A stretch of 64,000 bases of DNA, taken from positions 129,057 through 193,056 of the forward strand of contig CALKZY010000006.1 of NCBI GenBank assembly GCA_938002965.1, written 5' to 3'. The notes under the pieces are model-generated. The model saw nothing but the letters and a program-made list of their open reading frames with translations, ran no database searches and was not told the DNA's origin. The DNA is from an uncultured Acidimicrobiales bacterium. Lineage in GTDB: Bacteria > Actinomycetota > Acidimicrobiia > Acidimicrobiales > SZUA-35. Numbering within the stretch: position 1 is the stretch's first letter; each line of letters opens with the position of its first letter. The translations under genes were made by a program, and so were the position numbers. This document shows, in pieces, positions 56,794 to 64,000 of the stretch.

Positions 56794-58061
56794 CACGACG
56801 TGGTGGGGGTCAGCCGCTCTAACGCCTCGGCGCGGTTTGTGCCGGCTGCTACCAGCTGGCGGCCGATGATGGCCTGCCTCGGCCTGTTCCAGGCAAGAAC
56901 ACCGCACAAGTGGGTGTCGTCGTCGAAGAAGGCCCTGACAAAGCGGTCATCATCGGGAGAACCAACGGTGTCGTGCCAATCGGGGGACACAACACCGGCC
57001 AATTGAATCTTCCGATCAAACTGGTCGCTCCAGAACCACGGGACCGGCTGGTAGGGCTCGTCAGGTTGCGTGCCCTGCATCGCTGCCACCAGGCTCCGAC
57101 CGGCGTACTGACCCATCTCCACCGCGTTGTCCCATTGCTCAACCCGCATCATTCGGCCACCAAACAATCTGTTGGGCCATGAAGCGACGTCACCGGCGGC
57201 GACGATGGCTTCGCCCGCCCGGCAGAACTGATCAACCACCACGCCAGAGCCCGGACCACTACCGAGATCCAAACCTGAGCCTTCGAGCCAGCCGGTCTCC
57301 GGCAAGGCACCAATGCCAACCACGAGCACATCGGCTTGCAGTCGCCGAGCCGAAGAGAGAACAACTGATGAGACACCGCCGCCGGACGTTTCGACCACAT
57401 CGATGGCCTCCCCCATCAGCATCGTGACGCCCTGCTGCTCGAAGAACCGGCACAAAGCGTGTCCGATGGAGACGTCCAGGACTCGGCTGAGTGGTGCTGC
57501 GGCCACGTCGACGACCGTAACGTCGAGCCCCATCTGGTGAGCGCTGGCGGCAACCTCGGCACCAATGAAACCGGCGCCGCACACAACGACGCTCTTTGGT
57601 TCTCCAACCAGCAAGTCACGCAGGCGTCGAGCGTCATCGAGAGTGCGGAGAGTTACCACTCCCCCTGGAGACGGGTCTCGGTTATCTAGGCCATCGACCG
57701 ACGTGACGGTGACGGCGGAGGGCAAGCTTCTCGCCGACGCACCACTGGCGATGACCAGTCCGTCAAAGGCCAACAGCGACCCATCGCTCAACTCAATCGA
57801 GCGAGCATCGACATCAAGACTCAGGGCGTCAACATCAATGCGCCAGGTCGCCTCCAGGCGATCTTCAGCCGCTGCTGGGAGTGGCAAGCGCGCCTCATCT
57901 CCGCCGCCGGTGAGGAACTCTTTTGACAACGGAGGCCGATCGTAGGGCCGGTGAGGCTCGCGACCAATGATCACTAGCTCCTGATCGAATCCGCTCTTTC
58001 GAATGGCGGCCGCCGCATGAGTACCGGCAAGCGAGGCGCCCACGACAACAATCGTCTTCAT
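56793..58061 (-). CDS. FAD-dependent ferredoxin-NAD(P)+ reductase (putidaredoxin/rhodocoxin reductase-like)
   Basis: VVVGASLAG, PYDRPPLSK, VCGAGFIGAEVA and the GD..S motif. I prefer the ATG at 58061 (MKTIVVVG). Confidence 0.85.
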   Translation of the reverse strand: MKTIVVVGASLAGTHAAAAIRKSGFDQELVIIGREPHRPYDRPPLSKEFLTGGGDEARLPLPAAAEDRLEATWRIDVDALSLDVDARSIELSDGSLLAFDGLVIASGASARSLPSAVTVTSVDGLDNRDPSPGGVVTLRTLDDARRLRDLLVGEPKSVVVCGAGFIGAEVAASAHQMGLDVTVVDVAAAPLSRVLDVSIGHALCRFFEQQGVTMLMGEAIDVVETSGGGVSSVVLSSARRLQADVLVVGIGALPETGWLEGSGLDLGSGPGSGVVVDQFCRAGEAIVAAGDVASWPNRLFGGRMMRVEQWDNAVEMGQYAGRSLVAAMQGTQPDEPYQPVPWFWSDQFDRKIQLAGVVSPDWHDTVGSPDDDRFVRAFFDDDTHLCGVLAWNRPRQAIIGRQLVAAGTNRAEALERLTPTTS

Positions 58062-58106
58062 GTGCAGCCCATGGTGAAACGCTGCACAGGCCATATGAGC
58101 CCGGTG

Positions 58107-58301
58107 CTAAGCCTCTTCAAGCTTGATTGCCTGCTTCGGGCAGCGCTCAGCGGCTTCCTTGACCTTCTCCTGCAACTCAGCGCCGGGATTTTCGTTGAGG
58201 ACGTAGAGAAAATCGTCATCTCGGACCTCGAAGACCTCAGGGGCGATGGCCATGCACACGGCATTGCTCTCACACAGGTCAAAGTCGACAACTACCTTCA
58301 T
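58107..58301 (-). CDS. Small [3Fe-4S]-type ferredoxin
   Basis: 64 aa with a CESNAVC...CP cluster motif. The ATG at 58301 is preceded by GGAG. Confidence 0.8.
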   Translation of the reverse strand: MKVVVDFDLCESNAVCMAIAPEVFEVRDDDFLYVLNENPGAELQEKVKEAAERCPKQAIKLEEA

Positions 58302-58478
58302 GGCTGCTCCTATCTCGCTGAGCCACACCGACAAACGACGACGGACGGAACAACCGACCCGACTTCGACCGACCCAGCGCCGATCGATGTAGACCTACAG
58401 ACTCTACTCCACACCATCGCTGCACCGGCAACGACGACTCCAGCCCAATCCTGCACAACCGCTTTGCCCGCTGCCGCG

Positions 58479-59204
58479 CTACAGATCGGCAGCCATATCA
58501 AAAGCCTCGCCCGGTAGGCCGAACCAGGAGCCGAGCAACTCTCCGTCGCCATCAAGCAGCGCTGCTCGAGGTTGACCGGAGACCTGGTAGAACTGCCAGG
58601 TCTCGAATGACTGATCCCAGACCATCAGGGGCGTGTTCAGCTCGTGGCGTTGCTGAAAAGTCTGCGCCAAGTCGAGTGAGTCCTGCGTTCCAAGCCCGAT
58701 TACCTGCACGGTGTCTTCGTATTGCTGAGCGAACTGCTCAACAGCCGGTGCCTCGGCGTTGCAAGCCGGTCAATGCGGAGCAAAGAACCACAACAACGTT
58801 GCCTTACCTGAGTCGGCCAACGCGTCGGCGACGTTCAGCGACTGCCCCGAGGCAATCTCGACCACTTCAACATCGGGAAAGACCGACCGTGGCGGACCGG
58901 TCGGTGTCGCAGTCTCCTCATCCGCTTCCGGCTCATCTGACACCGAGTCGTCTGAGGACTGGCCAGCGTCCGCATCGGCATCAGCATAAGCATCGGTAGT
59001 AGCGTCCTCACCATCGACTTCGGCCTCCTTCGCCGTCTCAGCGACTTCCGACGCCGTCGCTTCCGGTGCCTCATCGGTGTCGGCCTCATCAGCCTCGGCC
59101 TGCTCCCCGCTTTCAGAGGAAGTCACCTGGCTCTCATCGGCTGCCTCACCAGTGCAGGCGGCCACGATCAATGACATGGCGGCAACAGCAAGTAGGGCCC
59201 GCAT
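58479..59204 (-). CDS. TlpA/ResA-like thioredoxin-fold lipoprotein interrupted by one in-frame TGA (58770-58772) at the first redox Cys position: candidate selenoprotein (UPAC) or very recent pseudogene
   Basis: ORFs 58770-59309 and 58479-58709 are in the same frame. The joined translation reads ...KATLLWFFAPH-TGA-PACNAEAPAVEQFAQQYEDTVQVIGLG...VSGQPRAALLDGDGELL, that is WxxxxCxxC with the cis-Pro block. The N-terminus has a lipoprotein signal MRALLAVAAMSLIVAAC. Confidence 0.6.
58723..58743 (-). other. Candidate bacterial SECIS-like hairpin downstream of the in-frame TGA
   Basis: The mRNA UGUUGAGC-AGUUC-GCUCAGCA forms an 8-bp stem (one G.U pair) with a 5-nt loop containing GU. The stem starts 26 nt after the UGA. 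Confidence 0.3.
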
Positions 59205-59444
59205 CCATTCAGCACTCCGATCCGGCCGGCGGCTCGGTCGATCGGGATTAGGCAAGGCGCTCCCACCGGGAGCGCGCCAAGACACATTGCGACGGTCAGT
59301 CATGAACATTCAAACCAGCGTCGACCGCGGCCAATTCCGCCGTCGACGGGAAAGTTTTGTGTTTTGTTCGCACAAGTCCGTGGCCCGGACGGTTGGAGTC
59401 AAGCAAACTTAAAAGCAGGATTGCAGGCAGAGGGCAAAACTCAG

Positions 59445-61097
59445 ATGATTGAATCGCCAACCGACGAACAACCAGCAAAGGCCGAGCCGGAAACCAACAC
59501 TGCTGACGCGGCCGAAACAGCCGACACGGTTGGCTCGTCGTCGACAGTGCTTGCCGCTCTAAGTGGTATCGCTTCCGGCGCGGTGGCTCTCGGTGTCGGC
59601 GAGTTGGTAGGTGCTATTCGAGCGCCCGAACCGGGGCCCGTCATCGCAGTAGCCAATCGGGTAATCGACCTGGCCCCCAATTGGTTTGTCGAGTTGGGTA
59701 AGTCGATCTTTGGATTGGCGGACAAGCCGGCTCTGATTGTCGGGACGATCCTGCTGTCCATCGTCTTTGCCTCCGTGCTCGGTGTTGTCTCGATTGCCCG
59801 ACCAAAGCCGGCCGTTCTCGGTTTGTGTGCGTTTGGCCTGCTGGGTGCCTTCGCAATCGCCGCCGACGCACAAGGCTCGGTGTTCGGCGCCGTGGTTACC
59901 GGCGGAGCCGCCACCATTGTCGGCGTCACTGCCCTCCTCTCGCTCCGACGACGCCTGCCAAGCTCTCTCGACCAGACAGCCATCAAGACTGAGATCGAAA
60001 GTCCGACGAATCCCAACGTTGATCGTCGCTCATTTCTTACTTGGGCCGGAGGAATAGGGGCCACAGCAGCGGGCGCAGCTGTTGTCGGGAACTCCGTCCG
60101 GTCCCGGTCATCAGTTCAAGAAGCCCGAACTTCGGTTGCCCTTGAGCCCGAGATCGACGACGAAGTTCAAGGTTGGCTTGATGCCGCCGTCGACGCAGAC
60201 CTCGGCATAGGCGACGAACTGACGCCACTGGTGATCGATGACGGCGAGTTCTATCTGATCGATACTGCACTGGTGAAACCCCAAGTGGACCCGACTACCT
60301 GGTCTCTTCGCATCAGCGGCATGGTCGATAACCCCATCGAGATCGGCTACGACGACTTGTTGGGGCGCTCGACCACGGTTGCCCCCGTCACGTTGTCGTG
60401 CGTCTCCAATGAAGTCGGCGGTGGCCTTGTTGGCAACGCCGTCTGGCAAGGGGTGCCGCTGGTCGACCTGCTCGAGGAGGCCGGAGTTCAGCCCGGCGCT
60501 ACTCAGGTGGCCAGTCGGTCCATTGATGGATGGACCTGTGGCTTCCCGACCGAGGCTGTTTTTGATGGCCGAACGGCGCTCGTTGCCGTATCCATGAACG
60601 GTGAACCACTTCCAGTCCGCCACGGCTTCCCCGCTCGTCTGGTCGTGTCGGGTCTGTACGGGTACGTCTCGGCCACCAAGTGGCTTACCGACATCGAGCT
60701 GACGACCATTGAAGGCTTCGACGGCTACTGGATTCCCCGAGGGTGGTCAAAGCTCGGTCCGGTCAAGACGCAGTCCAGAATTGACACTCCGCGTCGTCGG
60801 GAGACGCTGGTCGCTGGCCAGCCCACCGCGATCGCTGGAGTCGCCTGGGCGCCAGATCGAGGTGTTTCAAAAGTCGAAGTGAACATCGACGATGAGTGGG
60901 TCGAAGCCACCCTTAGCAACGAGTTGGGTACCGATGCCTGGCGACAGTGGATGGTGTCGTGGACACCTACTCCCGGCGACCACGTCCTGGCGGTTCGAGC
61001 CACCGACGGTGACGGCGACACACAGACCGCCGACCTCGCCCCGCCTGCACCAAGCGGTGCGACCGGGTGGCACACAATTGTGGTCCGAGCCGAGTAA
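59445..61097 (+). CDS. Membrane-anchored molybdopterin-dependent oxidoreductase (sulfite oxidase / MsrP-YedY family)
   Basis: N-terminal multi-TM region, a Tat-like RRSFLTWAGG, then SCVSNEVGGG..GNAVWQGVPL..LL, NGEPLP..HGFP.RLVVSGLYG and a C-terminal Ig-like dimerisation domain. Confidence 0.8.
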   Translation: MIESPTDEQPAKAEPETNTADAAETADTVGSSSTVLAALSGIASGAVALGVGELVGAIRAPEPGPVIAVANRVIDLAPNWFVELGKSIFGLADKPALIVGTILLSIVFASVLGVVSIARPKPAVLGLCAFGLLGAFAIAADAQGSVFGAVVTGGAATIVGVTALLSLRRRLPSSLDQTAIKTEIESPTNPNVDRRSFLTWAGGIGATAAGAAVVGNSVRSRSSVQEARTSVALEPEIDDEVQGWLDAAVDADLGIGDELTPLVIDDGEFYLIDTALVKPQVDPTTWSLRISGMVDNPIEIGYDDLLGRSTTVAPVTLSCVSNEVGGGLVGNAVWQGVPLVDLLEEAGVQPGATQVASRSIDGWTCGFPTEAVFDGRTALVAVSMNGEPLPVRHGFPARLVVSGLYGYVSATKWLTDIELTTIEGFDGYWIPRGWSKLGPVKTQSRIDTPRRRETLVAGQPTAIAGVAWAPDRGVSKVEVNIDDEWVEATLSNELGTDAWRQWMVSWTPTPGDHVLAVRATDGDGDTQTADLAPPAPSGATGWHTIVVRAE

Positions 61098-61149
61098 TCC
61101 GAACTAGGGCAGGTAGTTCCGAGTAATCCGAACTACGGCAGGTAGTTCC
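61092..61149. repeat. 29-bp tandem direct duplication (28/29 identical) spanning the stops of two convergent genes
   Basis: GAGTAATCCGAACTAGGGCAGGTAGTTCC (61092-61120) is followed directly by GAGTAATCCGAACTACGGCAGGTAGTTCC (61121-61149). Confidence 0.95.
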
Positions 61150-62434
61150 GTGGGTTGACCGGCGAGCCGTCCACCCGGACCTCAAAGTGCAAGTGATTGC
61201 CGGTAGCAGTGCCGGTGGCGCCGACGAAACCAACGACGTCGCCCCTGGCCACCAGCTGGCCTTCACTGGTTCCTATTCTCGACTGGTGAGCGTAGAGCGT
61301 GGTGATGCCGCCGCCGTGATCCACGATCACTGTGCTTCCATAGCCTCCGCGTCCCCCGGCAAAGATGACGATTCCATCATTGGCGGCGTAGATCGGAGTG
61401 CCGCTTGCGGCCCCGACGTCAATGCCAGCATGCAGTCGCCTGGTGCCGTACACCGGGTGAATCCGGTAACCGAACTCACTGGTCACTCTGGCATCCACGG
61501 GCCATTGGAATCCAGCCAGGGAGGCCGAAGATGGATTGTTGATCGAGGTGTCTACCTCAGCCTTGGATGAGCTGTTGTTGATGATCTGCTGGACCGCAGC
61601 GTCCTCGCGTGAGTAGGCCGCCAGCTCACCGGCCCACTGATCGATACGGCGCTCCGCCTCGGCCTTAAGTTGCAACTGGGCGGCCTGCTGCTCTTTGTAC
61701 ACATCAAGTTCCGCCTGCAAGACGACTTGGGCTTCCTCGGCCTCCGACTTGGCTCGGCTGGCTCGAGCATTGGCCAGCTGTCGCTCCTCCAGCAGACCGC
61801 GTAGCTCCTCCAGCAATTCGGCGGTTGACAAACTCGCCTGGGCAAGTAGCGCGTTGCGACGAATAGCCCGATTCAAATCAGCGTCGGTTAACAACGGTTG
61901 CGGGGCTCCAATGGTTCGACTCTTGAACCCTTCAACCGCTTTGAGCCTCAGCTCTTCCTCAATCAGTTCTTGACGACTGGCTGATGCGCCTAGGTCTTCG
62001 GCGGTTCGCTGAAGCACCCGGTCGGCTTCATCGATTCTGGCTTGCGCCTCATCGATCTTTTCCAGAGTCCCGTTGGCGGCGCCGTTGATCGTGTTCAATT
62101 CGCGGGCGATTTCCACATCAGCAGCTTTGGCCAAATTGAGATTGGCCACCGCTTCCGCTTTGGCCCTGCTGTCAGCAGTCGTAACCGTGGCCGCCACAGT
62201 GGTTGTGGACTCGCCAGCGGAAGTCTCCGACTGAGCGGCAGTGGTTGACGCCGCCGTGGTCGCCGGCGCTTCGGTTGTTTCGGGGGCGACCGTGATGCTT
62301 GTGGTCGTGGATGACGTGTCTTCTTGGCCCGCAGCGGTCAGTGACGCTGACGCAGCCCAAGCAAAAACAACGAACCCTACGCCGAGTCGAATACGGCTTG
62401 GCCGGTTGGCACCGCGTGGCACATCAACACTCAT
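61133..62434 (-). CDS. M23-family peptidoglycan metalloendopeptidase with a signal peptide and long coiled-coil (EnvC-like layout)
   Basis: C-terminal LytM motifs HAGIDVGA..GTPIYAA, LYAHQS and GNHLHFEVR. The central region is Ala/Glu/Leu/Gln heptad-like. Confidence 0.85.
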   Translation of the reverse strand: MSVDVPRGANRPSRIRLGVGFVVFAWAASASLTAAGQEDTSSTTTSITVAPETTEAPATTAASTTAAQSETSAGESTTTVAATVTTADSRAKAEAVANLNLAKAADVEIARELNTINGAANGTLEKIDEAQARIDEADRVLQRTAEDLGASASRQELIEEELRLKAVEGFKSRTIGAPQPLLTDADLNRAIRRNALLAQASLSTAELLEELRGLLEERQLANARASRAKSEAEEAQVVLQAELDVYKEQQAAQLQLKAEAERRIDQWAGELAAYSREDAAVQQIINNSSSKAEVDTSINNPSSASLAGFQWPVDARVTSEFGYRIHPVYGTRRLHAGIDVGAASGTPIYAANDGIVIFAGGRGGYGSTVIVDHGGGITTLYAHQSRIGTSEGQLVARGDVVGFVGATGTATGNHLHFEVRVDGSPVNPRNYLP

Positions 62435-62843
62435 GAGGACTTCAATGGGCTCCTTGTCCGGCCTGCTGAGATCTGCCGCCCAACCGAACTCTTTCCCTCC
62501 GAAACCCGGCGTATCGTACCGGACTCAGAGTTCTCATGTCGAGCTGCCACTAATGCGTGTTCAAGCATATTGTGCCATCTCACCAATCCGCCCAACTTCA
62601 GCAGCATTCTGCCACATTCTGGAAGATCCTTAACTCAAATGGAGGGTGCAATGTCGGTCGCCCTCTCCAACCTCCACTGCAATCGACCAGCGCGACCCTC
62701 GGGTACAGGCGCTGGCAGAACAACAACGGTAGGAGCCCACCACCCGACTTCGCAACGGCGATGGGCATGACTCCGGTTGTGGTGATGGTCTTTACGGACT
62801 AGACAAAACACAATCAGGCAGACACGGCCAGAAGGAGACGTTG

Positions 62844-63356
62844 ATGACCGAAAGCTCGGCGGAACGCGAAGTGCTCGATTGGGAGACCTATGGCCACGCC
62901 GCCCGCAGCTTGGCGAGAACCGTTGCTGACAGCGGGTTCCGACCGGACCTGGTCCTTGCCATTGCCCGCGGCGGGCTGTTCATCGCCGGGTCGCTGGGCT
63001 ACGCCCTGTCGGTCAAGAATCTTTATGTCATGAACCTGGAGTTCTACTCCGGCGTCGATAAGAGGCTTGACGTACCGGTGATGCTCCCCCCGTACCTCGA
63101 CAAGATCGACCTTACCGATGCCAAGATTCTCGTCGCCGACGACGTCGCCGATACCGGATACACCCTCAAGGTCGTCCACGAATTTTGCCAGGAAGTGGTG
63201 GCCGAGAGCCGAACAGCGGTCCTCTACGAGAAACCCCACTCGCTAGTCAAATGCGACTTCGTTTGGCGCCGAACCGACAAGTGGATCAACTTCCCATGGT
63301 CCAGCGAACCACCCATGGTTGACCCACAAGCTTCATCAGCAGTGTTGGATGCATGA
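62844..63356 (+). CDS. Purine phosphoribosyltransferase (Gpt/xanthine-guanine PRT-like)
   Basis: AIARGGLFIAG and the PRPP-binding motif ILVADDVADTGYTL. About 170 aa. Confidence 0.75.
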   Translation: MTESSAEREVLDWETYGHAARSLARTVADSGFRPDLVLAIARGGLFIAGSLGYALSVKNLYVMNLEFYSGVDKRLDVPVMLPPYLDKIDLTDAKILVADDVADTGYTLKVVHEFCQEVVAESRTAVLYEKPHSLVKCDFVWRRTDKWINFPWSSEPPMVDPQASSAVLDA

Positions 63357-63460
63357 CATTAATGTCTAAATAGCGATAAGAATCATCCCGATTATTTGCC
63401 CAAAAACAAGATGCGCATTTGCCTTTTATTCAGACTATTCTGATTTTCGGAGGCAACAAT

Positions 63461-64000
63461 ATGGTCAAACGCATCGTGTCGGGCATCTTCGCTCTCGCCG
63501 CCTTAGCGGCGTTGGGAGTGATCATCGGAGGGGCACTCGCCAGTGGGGAGCAGTTAATCGTTCGCTTCCTCACCGCAGTCATCGTGGCCGCACTGGCCCT
63601 CTATGTCGTCAGCGATCTGAGGCTCAAGTCCGAGCCGACAAGTGATCGGCGGACAGACCCGAAGCCGGAGCGACATCTGCCGGCCCAAACCGCCGCGCGA
63701 CCAGTCAACGCGTCCATCTTGGAGTCGACTGTTCTAACGACCGATATGACGGCTGACAGTCGCGACCTCCAACCGGCTGCCCGTACTATCGACGTCGTCC
63801 ATCCGACCCGTCCGCCATCGCCACCGCCGGCGGCCACTCCACCAGCACAGCCCAGCGCTGTTCCCTCGGCCGAGGCCATACCGTCCAGGGATACGACCAG
63901 TGTTGTGAAAGACGTCAACGTTGTCGATCTCACTGAACGAGAACTAGACGATTCCGAAGACGAACAGCATGATGCGGTCTATGTCGCAGTCGGCACTCAC
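63461..64000 (+). CDS. Hypothetical membrane protein, N-terminal part (2 TM then a Pro-rich linker); 3' end lies outside the window
   Basis: Not in the ORF track because no stop falls in the window. The ATG at 63461 is preceded by GGAGG, and the frame stays open for 180 codons to the window end (MVKRIVSGIFALAALAALGVIIGG...). Confidence 0.5.
   Translation, partial: MVKRIVSGIFALAALAALGVIIGGALASGEQLIVRFLTAVIVAALALYVVSDLRLKSEPTSDRRTDPKPERHLPAQTAARPVNASILESTVLTTDMTADSRDLQPAARTIDVVHPTRPPSPPPAATPPAQPSAVPSAEAIPSRDTTSVVKDVNVVDLTERELDDSEDEQHDAVYVAVGTH

Noticed and set aside
58770-58772. Alternative explanation of the in-frame TGA as genome-wide stop-codon reassignment (TGA read as Trp or Gly)
   Set aside because: Several well-delimited genes in this window terminate at TGA at the expected protein ends (boxC, cbs, metB, the NicX-like gene and the paaX-like gene). 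TGA is therefore a normal stop here. Only site-specific Sec recoding or a pseudogene remains.
62435-62840. Tested the long gap for a c-di-AMP (ydaO) riboswitch, RNase P RNA, tmRNA, SRP RNA and a purine riboswitch
   Set aside because: None of the invariant core strings I know for these RNAs (for example GAGGAAAGUCCGGGC and ACAGAACCCGGCUUA for RNase P, the GGGGACCCA/ACCUCGUA blocks for ydaO, or a CCACCA-ended tRNA-like 3' end for tmRNA) is present on either strand.
1-64000. Screened for CRISPR arrays, IS elements/transposases, integrases, phage genes, rRNA and tRNA genes
   Set aside because: I noticed no regularly spaced direct repeats, no DDE/tyrosine-recombinase-like ORFs, and no rRNA or complete tRNA structures by eye. 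A proper tRNAscan/Infernal run could still find small RNAs I missed.

Overview
This is a 64 kb chromosomal segment from a high-GC genome. The gene content looks like Actinomycetota, possibly Acidimicrobiia: Ni-SOD sodN/sodX, an MsiK-type orphan ABC ATPase, otsA/otsB, a SARP regulator, a class F-like sortase and a likely leaderless transcript. The taxonomic call is inference only. Genes are densely packed on both strands, and several pairs have 1-4 bp start/stop overlaps (GTGA/ATGA). I found no rRNA, tRNA, CRISPR array, transposase, integrase or prophage signature, so this is mostly housekeeping and catabolic DNA rather than an obvious mobile island. Recognisable blocks: (i) a PaaX-regulated boxC-boxB aerobic benzoyl-CoA cluster followed by hydrolase, acyl-CoA dehydrogenase, NicX-like dioxygenase and pirin genes, with no boxA; (ii) class I fumarase, SDR, M20 peptidase, a GGDEF protein and an acyl-CoA ligase; (iii) an OtsB-GH15 fusion, an ABC-F ATPase and sodN-sodX; (iv) a cbs-metB transsulfuration operon; (v) an MMPL-like transporter, a thiolase-like protein, otsA, an ADH and aroA; (vi) a pseudokinase/DUF4397 surface protein coupled to a sortase; (vii) pepN, a metallophosphoesterase and a PEP-utilising-domain protein; (viii) a ferredoxin/ferredoxin-reductase/NUDIX operon next to a thioredoxin-fold lipoprotein, a membrane-bound Mo-oxidoreductase and an M23 peptidase. 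The most interesting signal is that lipoprotein gene (58479-59204, minus strand). Its reading frame is broken by a single in-frame TGA exactly where the first Cys of the CxxC motif should be (WFFAPH-TGA-PACNAEAP), and an 8-bp hairpin with a GU-containing loop lies about 26 nt downstream. This makes it a candidate selenocysteine (UxxC) exported redox protein rather than two ORF fragments. Other items worth follow-up are the degenerate kinase-sortase pair, the twin -10 palindrome between paaX and boxC, a 36-bp palindrome upstream of pepN, a 29-bp tandem duplication at convergent gene ends, and the OtsB-GH15 fusion. All functional calls rest on motif and family recognition by eye from the translated ORFs. 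No database search was run.
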